From positions 22,325 to 86,324 of the forward strand of contig CAJQSN010000015.1 of the NCBI GenBank assembly GCA_905614355.1: DNA of 64,000 bases. Reading direction: 5' to 3'. Position 1 is the first letter of the stretch. The number at the start of each line of letters is the position of its first letter. The translations under genes were made by a program, and so were the position numbers. The notes beneath the pieces were generated by a model that was not told where the DNA came from, made no database searches, and saw nothing but the letters and a program-made list of their open reading frames with translations. Shown here piece by piece: positions 45,417-55,276 of this stretch. Source of the stretch: an uncultured Rhodospirillales bacterium (GTDB lineage: Bacteria > Pseudomonadota > Alphaproteobacteria > Rhodospirillales > UBA2165).

Positions 45417-46449
45417 GGTCTATGATTCTTTGCGCCATAGGAGCTAGTTCAGCAATTTTATTTATCGGTAATTTATCCTCAGAGAAAGCACCCCAAGATA
45501 ATAACTCTTTACTATAAGGGATACTAGGGTTTGCGGGGAACTCAAAATTTATCTTAGTAAATAGCCTTTGCGCCTTATCTTCACTGAGAAATTCTAAAAA
45601 TTTTATCGCTAATTTTTTATTTTTTGAATATTTTGCAACTCCGCCACCTGATATATTGATATGATTACCACGACCTCCTTGATTGGTAAAAACAATACGA
45701 ACGTCTTTTGTCCACTCTCGTTGTTCTGCAATTTTAGAGTTTCGTAGTTTTCCAAAATAATAGCTATTGATGATCGCTATATCACAAACACCCTGAAATA
45801 TAGCCTTAATCTGAGACCTATCATTCCCCTGTGGACGCTGAGCTAAATTATAGACTAAGCCTTGGGCCCATTTTTCCGCAACTGGGGCTCCATTATGTGC
45901 AATTATTGAGGCCAATAGGGCCCTGTTGTAAACATGGCTTCCTGGTCGAGTGCAAATACGGCCTCGCCAAATTGGTCTTGCCAAGTCTTCAATTTTTTTA
46001 ATTTTATCCACACCAACACGTTTAGTATTTATAGCTAAAATTCGAGCACGTTTTGAAAATCCAAACCAATCATTTTTTGGCCCCCTGAGGTGCGCCGGAA
46101 TATTCTTAAATAACTTTTCTGAACTAATTGGTAGTAATAGCTGTTTATCAACGTAAACATTCAAACGTGATATATCAACAGTCAAAACAACATCAGCTGG
46201 GCTTCTTTTACCTTCGGCCAACATTCTTTGAGCGAGACCTTTAGTTGAATAAATTATATTTGCCTTTATACCAGTTTCTTTTTCAAAAGCTTTTACAAAA
46301 GGATTTATAAGAAATGGCTGTCGATGTGAATAAATATTAATAGTTTCAGCTATGGTTGCAGAAGAATAAAATAGAAATCCTGAAATTAATATGCTTGAAA
46401 TTATAAACCAGAACGTGATTTTTGATGGCGAGAATACTTTTGTTACCAA
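45403..46449 (-). CDS. fbpA: Fe(3+) ABC transporter substrate-binding protein
   Basis: 348 aa with a signal peptide. INIYSHRQPFLI..F..FEKETGIK, SPADVVLTVD, and WFGFSKRARI are typical of ferric binding proteins. Confidence 0.8.
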   Translation of the reverse strand: MVTKVFSPSKITFWFIISSILISGFLFYSSATIAETINIYSHRQPFLINPFVKAFEKETGIKANIIYSTKGLAQRMLAEGKRSPADVVLTVDISRLNVYVDKQLLLPISSEKLFKNIPAHLRGPKNDWFGFSKRARILAINTKRVGVDKIKKIEDLARPIWRGRICTRPGSHVYNRALLASIIAHNGAPVAEKWAQGLVYNLAQRPQGNDRSQIKAIFQGVCDIAIINSYYFGKLRNSKIAEQREWTKDVRIVFTNQGGRGNHINISGGGVAKYSKNKKLAIKFLEFLSEDKAQRLFTKINFEFPANPSIPYSKELLSWGAFSEDKLPINKIAELAPMAQRIIDRVGW

Positions 46450-46450
46450 T

Positions 46451-47449
46451 TTATTGAACCTTTTTTGTTCGAGTTACGATTTCTAAAATAGACTTACCCA
46501 TTTCAATAAACGGATAAATATAAATTATACTTATTTTATTCAAATCTAAGTTTTCAATATTTTTTACACCAAACTTAATTTTTTGGTTAGGCCTCGATAA
46601 ACATAAACTTTTCCCGAATAGATCCCAAATCGCAAGTATTGCTCCAAAATTCTTATCTCGATGCTTTTCAGAAACAGAATGGTGAATTTGATGTTGGGCT
46701 GGGGAAATAAAAAATTTTTCGAGAAACGTACCATACGAAATGTTAAAGTGAGAATGCCTCAGATTAGCTCCCGTAACATTAAATAGGAATAATAAAAAAT
46801 TTACTCCATAAATCGAGACTAAATCAATTTTTCCGGCAAACAAAAAAACAAAGAATGAAATTGTAATTGCCTGAACAAAAATTGACCGTAGAGTAAATAT
46901 AATTCCCTCTAATGGATGAGTTCTATAAACCGTAAAAGGGGTTAAATATTCAGCGCTATGATGCACTTTATGGATTGTCCACAAAAAAGGTATTTGATGA
47001 AAAGCTTTATGAACTAAAAAGCGAGTAAAATCATCAAAAAAGAAAAGAAATAGTGTATACCCAAATGGTGCTGCCCAATACGGCAAACTTATTAAAATAC
47101 CATGAGAACTGCCAAAGTAGTCATTTAACAAATAGAAAAGTCCAGTTGTAAGCGCTATCCTTGATAACAGTAATGGCGAAAACGTTAGCATGATTGCCCG
47201 GTTTATCACGACCATTAATAAGTCCGTGCGAACGGATGGAGAAAACCAAATTTTTTTTGAAAATAGTTGTTTTATAACTTGGCGAAGAGCCTGATTTTTA
47301 TTTTTTTTATTTACAAAGAAACTCCAGGCCAACGCTAGAATTATCGCGGATGCTAAATAAACTATCGATACGCGCTTCTTGGGATCAACAAAGGTATCCA
47401 GCAAGCCGGAAAAATAATCTGTTACTAGCCAACTAACTAAATTTTCCAT
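46451..47449 (-). CDS. fatty acid hydroxylase / sterol desaturase superfamily membrane protein
   Basis: 332 aa, multi-TM. Histidine boxes HKAFH, HKVHHS, HQIHHS. Confidence 0.75.
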   Translation of the reverse strand: MENLVSWLVTDYFSGLLDTFVDPKKRVSIVYLASAIILALAWSFFVNKKNKNQALRQVIKQLFSKKIWFSPSVRTDLLMVVINRAIMLTFSPLLLSRIALTTGLFYLLNDYFGSSHGILISLPYWAAPFGYTLFLFFFDDFTRFLVHKAFHQIPFLWTIHKVHHSAEYLTPFTVYRTHPLEGIIFTLRSIFVQAITISFFVFLFAGKIDLVSIYGVNFLLFLFNVTGANLRHSHFNISYGTFLEKFFISPAQHQIHHSVSEKHRDKNFGAILAIWDLFGKSLCLSRPNQKIKFGVKNIENLDLNKISIIYIYPFIEMGKSILEIVTRTKKVQ

Positions 47450-47515
47450 TTATTTTTGCTATAAACCTTAGTTATTAAGGCCGGCCATAAAATAAATGAC
47501 CGACCTTATTTTTAA

Positions 47516-48937
47516 CTAGTCATTTTCAGCGGCAGCGCCACTTCCAAGACTTTTTAGCATAGCACCCATATTGGCTACACTATTATTCGATTGAGCTGTT
47601 ACACCCATTTTATCAATCAATAATTTTTGCACCTTAAGCATGTGTAACATATAGTTATCTATGCCACTGGATTGACTTTTAACATAGTTACCCTTGCTAT
47701 CTATATCCGTGACTTGACTAGAATTCGGCATCACAGGGCCCGCGCCAATTAAACGATTTAGTTTAACAGCTGTCTCTCCTAGGTTCTTCCGACCCGCCTG
47801 TAAGCTAAGGCTAAACCCTTTGAGTTCGCCCCAATGCTTTATATAGTTTTTTAATGACTTAGCATTTGACCCCTTAGCTTTAATTGATTTTAAATCCTTA
47901 TAGACTGAGCCAGCATATTTAAAGACCGCTTCGGCCAGAGATTTTTCCCAATTTGATTCAATAACAGCAGCATATGCCCTTAATTTTTCTCGCTGCCCAT
48001 CGCTCAACGTCTTGCCGCCGGCCGATGCGAGTAAAAGTCTTCCATCGAGGAATGCTTTAGAGATATTCTTCAAATAAGAAGTTTTTCCACCCTTATCAAA
48101 ACTAGCTGCATAATACGCCGGGGAATGGGTCATTTCGCCATATAGGTTAACTTTACCATCCTTGTTAATGTCAGCATAGGCAAGTGCATTAGACTTAGGT
48201 GTAGATTTTGATCCTTTTTTTGCAATTTCATAGACTTGCTTTGCAGAAAGGGACATAACATGAGCTGGAGCTCCAAAATAACCAAATGCTTCGTCCCAAC
48301 TATGTTCTTTACCTGTATAGGCAGCACCTTTTTTGTAAGGCTTATTATTTGGTTTCTTTTTTGCGCTAAGGTTTTCGTCGAGATATCCGTCTACGACCTG
48401 ATTGTAAAAAACAGCTCCCATGATAAATTTAGAGATCAGCTGAGGATAATCATAACCATTAGCTTGGTCCTGGCCTTTTTTTGCACTTGAAGCTTTTCCG
48501 ATCCAAAATTTCACTAGGTCTGGCCCGGTCATCTGGTTTGGCATTCCAGTAATAGTTCCTTTATATGTCTTACCTGCTAAATTCTTCTTTTTACTGATTT
48601 GATCAACACCTGACTGCATTATTGGGAAACTAGCACTTCCGGTTGGAGACAGAATTGTTCTTCCAGCATCTTTACCTGCGTAATAAGACATCATTTTTGC
48701 CTTTAGCACTGGGTTGGACTTCCCGTTACCTTTGCCAGCTAGCTTTTTCAAAGACTCGTGTAAGGTATGCCGTGCAATCTGACCCGTATAAGAAACTGAA
48801 TTTGTTGATTTCCCACTATAATTTTTAACAGTGATTGGAAAACTACCATACATTCCAGTATCCATTGTCGTGCAAGCGGCAACACTTAAAAGAGCCACGG
48901 CACTGCTTAAAAGTCCTAGTTTCTTATATTGTTTCAT
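47516..48937 (-). CDS. lipoprotein of unknown function (DUF4856-like, tentative), first gene of the iron-uptake operon
   Basis: 473 aa. Lipobox LSVAAC, Lys-rich, EHSWDEAFGYFG motif, EF-hand-like DINKDGKVN. Confidence 0.5.
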   Translation of the reverse strand: MKQYKKLGLLSSAVALLSVAACTTMDTGMYGSFPITVKNYSGKSTNSVSYTGQIARHTLHESLKKLAGKGNGKSNPVLKAKMMSYYAGKDAGRTILSPTGSASFPIMQSGVDQISKKKNLAGKTYKGTITGMPNQMTGPDLVKFWIGKASSAKKGQDQANGYDYPQLISKFIMGAVFYNQVVDGYLDENLSAKKKPNNKPYKKGAAYTGKEHSWDEAFGYFGAPAHVMSLSAKQVYEIAKKGSKSTPKSNALAYADINKDGKVNLYGEMTHSPAYYAASFDKGGKTSYLKNISKAFLDGRLLLASAGGKTLSDGQREKLRAYAAVIESNWEKSLAEAVFKYAGSVYKDLKSIKAKGSNAKSLKNYIKHWGELKGFSLSLQAGRKNLGETAVKLNRLIGAGPVMPNSSQVTDIDSKGNYVKSQSSGIDNYMLHMLKVQKLLIDKMGVTAQSNNSVANMGAMLKSLGSGAAAEND

Positions 48938-49121
48938 CTATCGTTCCAAAGTTATTAAAGTTAATTATTTAAATAAAATATAATATAATAATAATTTTTA
49001 TTTAATGCGACTAATTATTAATATCACAGATATTTGCTATAATGAGCTTTTAGTACGATGTCAATTTATATGTGAATGCTTATTATAATTATTCTATTAT
49101 CAAAACCATTAAAACCTAATT

Positions 49122-49140
49122 GAGAATAATTATTATTATC
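49122..49140. promoter_or_regulatory. Fur-box-like site in the divergent promoter region of the iron-uptake genes
   Basis: GAGAATAATTATTATTATC matches 15 of 19 positions of the enterobacterial Fur consensus GATAATGATAATCATTATC. The region is very AT-rich, so chance matches are likely. Confidence 0.35.
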
Positions 49141-49232
49141 AGTTTAATTGTCAAATGACAACCTTTGGGCTAAAAGGTTTGATTCTATTGTAAATAAAAG
49201 GTTTTAATAAAAATATAGGTTGAAGAAATTTT

Positions 49233-50306
49233 ATGATTAGCATCAATAATTTAAGTTTTAAGTACCAGAAGCACAAACGGGCTAAAACAGTAAACAATAT
49301 ATCCTTTAAGATTAATAAGGGTGAGCTAGTTTGTCTTTTAGGACCTTCTGGCTGCGGCAAGACCTCCACTCTGCGGTTAATAGCAGGCTTAGAAATTCCA
49401 AATACAGGAATAATTTCAATAGCAGGCACACGCGTTAATGATAAAAATATATTTGTTGAACCACACAAGCGTGATGTGGGGTTCCTATTCCAAGACTTTG
49501 CCCTTTTTCCACATCTTACTGCAAAAGAAAATATAGCTTGGGGTTTATCCAACAAACTAGAAAAAAACAAAGCAATAAGAATAGAAGAGTTATTAATACA
49601 AACCAGTATGACTGAACATGGAGATAAGTATCCACACGAACTTTCAGGTGGAGAACAACAAAGAGTTTCGCTTGCGCGAGCTTTAGCACCAAAACCGAGC
49701 TTATTATTGTTGGATGAACCTTTTTCCAGTTTAGATACAAATTTACGGCATGAAATCAGAGAGGAAACTAAACAAATTTTAAAGTCTACTAATACAACTT
49801 CTATACTAGTTACTCACGACCCCGAAGAAGCAATGCTTATTGCAGATAAAATCATCCTTATGCATGATGGAGAAATTTTACAAGAAGGGACCACCGAGGA
49901 AATATATAATAATCCTAAAAATCATTTTGTGGCGTCGTTTTTTGGTTATATTAATCAGATTAACGGAATAGTTAAGGAGGAAATTATTGAAACAATAATA
50001 GGTGATATCCCAAATCGAGAATTTCCCCATAATACTAAATTAGAAATTATAGCCAGACCTCACGCACTTTCTGTCTCAAAAGTATCTAAAACTAATAATA
50101 AAACAAAACATGCTGTTATTGAATCGATCAAATTTATGGGTACAGCTAGTCACGTATGGTGTAAGGTAAAATGTACTGAGGAAACTGAAGAACTAATTCT
50201 TGTAATTGAAGAAAATGAAAAAGGTCTCAAAATAGGTGACAAAGTCCAATTTAAGATTAATAAGAAAAATATTTTTATGTTTAAACAAATAAATAAAACT
50301 AAGTAA
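49233..50306 (+). CDS. fbpC: Fe(3+)/polyamine-type ABC transporter ATP-binding protein
   Basis: 357 aa. GPSGCGKTS, LSGGEQQRVSLARAL, LLLDEPFSSLD, plus a C-terminal TOBE-like extension. Confidence 0.8.
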   Translation: MISINNLSFKYQKHKRAKTVNNISFKINKGELVCLLGPSGCGKTSTLRLIAGLEIPNTGIISIAGTRVNDKNIFVEPHKRDVGFLFQDFALFPHLTAKENIAWGLSNKLEKNKAIRIEELLIQTSMTEHGDKYPHELSGGEQQRVSLARALAPKPSLLLLDEPFSSLDTNLRHEIREETKQILKSTNTTSILVTHDPEEAMLIADKIILMHDGEILQEGTTEEIYNNPKNHFVASFFGYINQINGIVKEEIIETIIGDIPNREFPHNTKLEIIARPHALSVSKVSKTNNKTKHAVIESIKFMGTASHVWCKVKCTEETEELILVIEENEKGLKIGDKVQFKINKKNIFMFKQINKTK

Positions 50307-50446
50307 TAAAATTTATTTTTAAATAAGTTTTTTCATAGACATTAATAAATAAATATATATTTACTAATTCCACTTTTAGTTTTTGATTAGCCATTACTAT
50401 CACCTTGGATAATTTTTTCATTATTTAAAATTTAATATTCAGAAAA

Positions 50447-51199
50447 TTGACAAATAAGGCTCTAATCTTGCCAAACTTAATATCCCTACTCTGTCCTTCA
50501 CGCGGCAGGCCAAAAAAACTAGCACGATTAATTAAAAGCATTACAACCACAGCAACAATTCCGTCCCGAATTGAGATTCTCATTTATGTGGATGATGATG
50601 ATCCAGAGAAATTTGAATATATCTTGTCACACAAAAACCTTATACTCGACCCATTGATTTCTAAATTAAAAAATATTGATCTTCTCGTGGACCAACCGTT
50701 CAGAACGCCAATACTAAATAATATTCTATCTGATCGTGCTCAAGGGAATATTCTTATGATTACCAATGATGATCAAATATTTAGGGATAAGAACTGGGAT
50801 ATTAGGATTGATGAAGAGGCCAGAAAATTCCCTGATAATATATACTGTATGTGGTTTAATGACGGGCGGTATCAAGAAAAAATCTGCACATTTCCAATTT
50901 TAAGCAGAGAATGGGTGGATACTATTGGTTATATTGAACCTTTTTTATTTGAGCACTTCAATTGTGATTTATGGACCTGGCAAATTGGAAAAATGATCGA
51001 TCGTCTCCACTATATACCGGATATACTAGTTGAACACCTTCATCCAGATACTGGTAAAGCTGAACAAGATGAAACCACCATGCGTAATTTAAAGGGCAGA
51101 CGCCCTGAAATAGACAAACTAATTTTCGCCAAATCTGAACGATACAGGGTACTTGATGCCTCAATTTTACAAGAAAAAATAAATGCTGATAAAAACTGA
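50447..51199 (+). CDS. hypothetical GT-A-fold glycosyltransferase-like protein
   Basis: 250 aa. ISLLCPSRGRP, VDDDD and NDD (DxD-like) motifs. Only a TTG start is available, and no clear SD. Confidence 0.4.
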   Translation: MTNKALILPNLISLLCPSRGRPKKLARLIKSITTTATIPSRIEILIYVDDDDPEKFEYILSHKNLILDPLISKLKNIDLLVDQPFRTPILNNILSDRAQGNILMITNDDQIFRDKNWDIRIDEEARKFPDNIYCMWFNDGRYQEKICTFPILSREWVDTIGYIEPFLFEHFNCDLWTWQIGKMIDRLHYIPDILVEHLHPDTGKAEQDETTMRNLKGRRPEIDKLIFAKSERYRVLDASILQEKINADKN

Positions 51200-51687
51200 G
51201 GATACAACGGAGTATCCACTGCAGATCAGGGCTATTAGATTAAAAAAATATAACTTAAAATCCTTTTTATTTATGTATATTAAAAAATCGGTGGAAATGG
51301 CGCAACGAAATATTATTGGTTTTTAATATAGAAGAGAAACAATATCAAAAACTCAATAATACTATGGACCATTAGACATATTGTCATTTAAACTATTTTA
51401 AATATAAGAAAATAAGTATAATTTAAAGAGAAGCCTTTGGTTTCGATTAAAAGAGTATTTAATGACTTAACTGAAGTTATTAAATACAATCCGCCAATTT
51501 AAAATGAAAATAATTATTGAAATCTCTTATTTAGATCTTATCAAGTTTTTGATAATAAATACGGCAGATAAACGTCTCAAATAAGCTTCCACATATTAAT
51601 GAATTATCGTAATCTTTACTGTATTAACTAATCGAATTACATTATCATGTTCTCTAAAAATAAATTCGGTAAAGTTGTAAATCTATT

Positions 51688-52680
51688 ATGAAGTCATTAA
51701 AAGATATCGTGACTGGCGGCTGCGGATTCATTGGTAGTCATCTCGTGGATGCTTTGTTGGCCCAGGGCAGGCAAGTTTACGTTATCGATAATTGCCGTGT
51801 GGGGCGACAGTCAAACCTTATTAATCATGCGAATAATCCTAATTTGGAAATCTTTGAAGTCGACGTTTCTGAACGCAAAACTATGACAAAACTCTTTACG
51901 GGTGCGGATCGAGTTTTCCATTTAGCAGCAATGGCTGATATTATTCCCTCTATAAATAACCCAGAACTTTATATTGACGCTAATGTAAACGGTACCTATT
52001 CAGTAGTTGAGGCCGCTCATAAAGCCGGTGTTCGAAGATTCATTTATGCAGCTTCATCATCTTGTTATGGTATCCCAAAATCTTACCCAACTTCTGAGAT
52101 GTCCCAGTTAGAGCCCCAATACCCCTATGCGCTGACTAAGATGTTAGGCGAACAAATTGTACTCCATTGGGCTCAGGTTTTTAGTTTACCCGCGGTTGTT
52201 CTTAGAATGTTCAATGTATACGGAACTCGGGCAAGGACGTCAGGAACCTATGGAGCAGTATTTGGTGTCTTTTTAGCCCAAAAAATAGCAAACAAAGCTT
52301 TCACAGTTGTCGGAGATGGGAAACAAACTCGAGATTTTACGTATGTAAGCGACGTCGTGGAGGCCTTTATAAAAGCCGCAGAGTCTAATCTTGTAAATGA
52401 AGTTATGAATGTTGGGAGTGGCAGCACATATAGTATTAACTATCTTGTGAAGTTATTACAAGGTGATGTGGTCCACATCCCCAAGCGCCCGGGTGAACCT
52501 GACTGTACTTTTGCTGATATATCAAAAATTAGCCACATGATAGATTGGAAACCAAAAATTTCATTGGAGGAAGGCGTTAATAAAATGATAGAAAATATTG
52601 ACTACTGGAAAGATGCACCCGTCTGGAGTCCAGAGTCGATCCAAGAAGAAACTAAGATTTGGTTCGATAAATTATCTTAA
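51688..52680 (+). CDS. NAD-dependent epimerase/dehydratase (extended SDR)
   Basis: 330 aa. TGGCGFIGSHL Rossmann motif and catalytic YxxxK (YALTK). Confidence 0.8.
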   Translation: MKSLKDIVTGGCGFIGSHLVDALLAQGRQVYVIDNCRVGRQSNLINHANNPNLEIFEVDVSERKTMTKLFTGADRVFHLAAMADIIPSINNPELYIDANVNGTYSVVEAAHKAGVRRFIYAASSSCYGIPKSYPTSEMSQLEPQYPYALTKMLGEQIVLHWAQVFSLPAVVLRMFNVYGTRARTSGTYGAVFGVFLAQKIANKAFTVVGDGKQTRDFTYVSDVVEAFIKAAESNLVNEVMNVGSGSTYSINYLVKLLQGDVVHIPKRPGEPDCTFADISKISHMIDWKPKISLEEGVNKMIENIDYWKDAPVWSPESIQEETKIWFDKLS

Positions 52681-52692
52681 AAGGAATGAAAA

Positions 52693-53703
52693 ATTAATAT
52701 TAAAACCTCAAAGCTAGAAACAGTTTTAGTTACCGGCGGCGCTGGATATGTCGGAAGCAAACTGATCCCAGCTCTTCTTAATGCCGGTTATAAAGTAAAA
52801 GTCTTAGATTTATATATTTTTGGCAAGCATATTTTTAAAAATTACGAAACTAATCCCAATTTGATTGAATTCCACGGTGACATACGTGAACCTGAGATGG
52901 TTCGCCACGCGATGCAGAACTGTGACCATGTAATTCACCTAGCATGCATATCAAACGATACTTCCTTCGACCTTGACCCTGGACTGGGTGAATCAATTAA
53001 CTTTAAAGCATTCAGGCCTCTCGTTAAGGCAGCCAAAAAAGCAGGAGTAAAAAGATTTATATACGCCTCTTCGTCTAGTGTCTACGGCGTCAAAAAAGAG
53101 CGTAACGTAAGTGAAGATTTATGCCTAGATCCACTGACCGATTACTCTAAGTTTAAAGCGCTGTGTGAAAATATTTTGGAAGAAGAACGTGAACCTGGCT
53201 TTACGACACTAATATTACGGCCCGCTACTATCTGCGGATATGCTCCTAGATTACGTCTAGACTTAACCGTAAATATTCTAACGAACCTTGCCGTTGTAAA
53301 CGGATTAATTACAGTTTTTGGCGGCACACAATTACGACCAAATATCCATATCAACGACATGGTGGACCTTTATACCAAGTGTCTTTCTTACCCCGAAAAA
53401 TCTATAGATGGTCAAATATTTAACATAGGCTATGAAAATTATTCTGTCATGGAAATAGCCGAAATAGTCCGCAGTGCCGTGGGAAGTACCGTGGAAATTA
53501 AGAGAAGCAGTACCGACGATCTGCGCTCTTATCATATATCTTCAAATAAAATTTCTGATAAACTGGGATTTATACCATCACACTCAATTGAGGATGCCGC
53601 TAATGACTTAATCTCAGCTTTTAACTCTGATTTAATAAAAAATTCTTTAACAGATCCAATCTTTTTCAATGTTAGGAAAATGAAAAAAATAGGCCTCAAA
53701 TAA
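52693..53703 (+). CDS. NAD-dependent epimerase/dehydratase (extended SDR) with no canonical start codon upstream of its Rossmann motif
   Basis: The frame is open from 52690 and encodes KINIKTSKLETVLVTGGAGYVGSKL.... The first ATG/GTG/TTG in frame is at 52861, after GxxGxxG. An ATT at 52693 lies 7 nt after AGGA. YSKFK catalytic motif. Confidence 0.65.
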   Translation: MNIKTSKLETVLVTGGAGYVGSKLIPALLNAGYKVKVLDLYIFGKHIFKNYETNPNLIEFHGDIREPEMVRHAMQNCDHVIHLACISNDTSFDLDPGLGESINFKAFRPLVKAAKKAGVKRFIYASSSSVYGVKKERNVSEDLCLDPLTDYSKFKALCENILEEEREPGFTTLILRPATICGYAPRLRLDLTVNILTNLAVVNGLITVFGGTQLRPNIHINDMVDLYTKCLSYPEKSIDGQIFNIGYENYSVMEIAEIVRSAVGSTVEIKRSSTDDLRSYHISSNKISDKLGFIPSHSIEDAANDLISAFNSDLIKNSLTDPIFFNVRKMKKIGLK

Positions 53704-54194
53704 CTAATAGGATTAACACGCGGGCAAGCTCTCTCTTTATTATTTATCCTTTATTTTAGGTAGGGCTAGTCATATCCGCATGTAACGCAAAATTTTATTT
53801 TAACAAAATATACGCAAAAATAGCAAAATCTATACGAAAGCGCCGGCTATGCTCTCCCACATAAAAGTGAATTCCCGGTGGAGATGCTCACCAACTTATG
53901 GTTTAGGAAGACGATACCCACATGAAAATCTACAATTTTTTCAGAATCTTAACCTCATGATTGGAAGCCAAGAAGAGAAAAATTTAGTTTTCTAAATCTT
54001 GGCCTTATTTCCCCAGAAGTTTTAATTCACTGCTTATTTACTTAAAACTTTTAACCACGGCAAAACATACACATCAATTGCATGAATTAGTCCATGGTAT
54101 GGAGAAAGAATAACAAATCAGACCTGATATTGGATACTATGTGCGCGGACGTGCGCGCTTTACAAACAAGACAAAAAAGAAACAGTAATCTTAC

Positions 54195-55253
54195 TCAAAA
54201 AGGCCCAGTAAAATTAGTGTTTGGTATATCTAGACGAACTCCTTCTTCTAACTTCCACCATTTCTTATCCAAATTACGTCCAAAGGATGACAGTGCTAAT
54301 TCTGCAATATCTACTGCTCGTGGAAAATATGTTTTTGCTAGAGAAGACGAAGTTGGTGAAGGTAAATCAGGCAACGAAATTCTATTTGGCGAGGACTTTA
54401 GTTTACCGTATAGATTCTCTACGCATTTCGCAATGATCTCACCAGAAACACCAAAACTCATAGTCCCAGTATCAGCGACCAGCAAACGCCCTGTTTTAGA
54501 AACAGATTCAAAGATGGTATCCCAATCAAGGGGTGACACGGTTCGAATATCCACAATTTCAGTTGACACTCCACTGTCTTCTAGCATATCCGCTGCCCGG
54601 AGGGATTCAATCGTCATATAAGACAAACTAACGATCGTTATGTCCGTTCCCTCACGGATAACTTTACATCGTCCAAGGGGCTCACTATATTTTTCTTGGG
54701 GGACCAACGAATTTAAGCCATAGAGCCACCGGTGTTCTATAAAAATAACAGGATTATTGTCTTCTATACTCGCGATCAAAAGCCCCTTTGCATCATGAGC
54801 TGTTGCAGGCATTACAACTTTTAGTCCAGGTACATGTGCAAACATTGCCTGCAAACTTTGCGAATGTTGAGGCCCTTGCCCCCAACCCCTGCCAATGATC
54901 ATTCTAATAACTATTGGTACTGAACTCTGACCAGCAAACATAAAATACCACTTAGCTGCTTGATTAACTATTTGCTCCATTGCCGCAATCGCGAAATCTA
55001 TTCGTTGATGAGATAAGACCGGTCTCATTCCCGTTATCGCAGAACCAATCGCCATCCCAGTTACAGCATTCTCAGATATTGGCATATCAAACACTCGGTC
55101 ACTGCCAAACTTTTCCCTAAGTCCAATAGTGGTACCAAATATGCCCTTTGGGTCTGGAGCCCCTAAGCCGATAACATACACATTCTCATCGGCTTCTAAG
55201 CATTGTACTTGCGCTTCGTTCAAAGCCTCAGCATATGTTAAGGTTCTTATCAT
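54195..55253 (-). CDS. ThDP-dependent 2-oxoacid dehydrogenase E1 component, beta subunit-like
   Basis: 352 aa. LTYAEALNEA, VFDMPISENA..GMAIG, transketolase-like Pyr and C-terminal domains. Confidence 0.8.
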   Translation of the reverse strand: MIRTLTYAEALNEAQVQCLEADENVYVIGLGAPDPKGIFGTTIGLREKFGSDRVFDMPISENAVTGMAIGSAITGMRPVLSHQRIDFAIAAMEQIVNQAAKWYFMFAGQSSVPIVIRMIIGRGWGQGPQHSQSLQAMFAHVPGLKVVMPATAHDAKGLLIASIEDNNPVIFIEHRWLYGLNSLVPQEKYSEPLGRCKVIREGTDITIVSLSYMTIESLRAADMLEDSGVSTEIVDIRTVSPLDWDTIFESVSKTGRLLVADTGTMSFGVSGEIIAKCVENLYGKLKSSPNRISLPDLPSPTSSSLAKTYFPRAVDIAELALSSFGRNLDKKWWKLEEGVRLDIPNTNFTGPF

Positions 55254-55276
55254 ATAATATTTAACTCCAATATACG

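Noticed and set aside
51200-51217. GGATAC-N6-GTATCC hairpin right after the GT-A-like gene, considered as a terminator.
   Set aside because: The stem is only 6 bp with no following U-tract, which is too weak to call.
54538-54550. GGTTCGAAT (T-arm-like tRNA signature); a similar GGTTCGAACC occurs near 23827.
   Set aside because: Both lie inside well-supported protein-coding genes, and no acceptor or anticodon stems can be drawn around them. I found no tRNA in any intergenic region.
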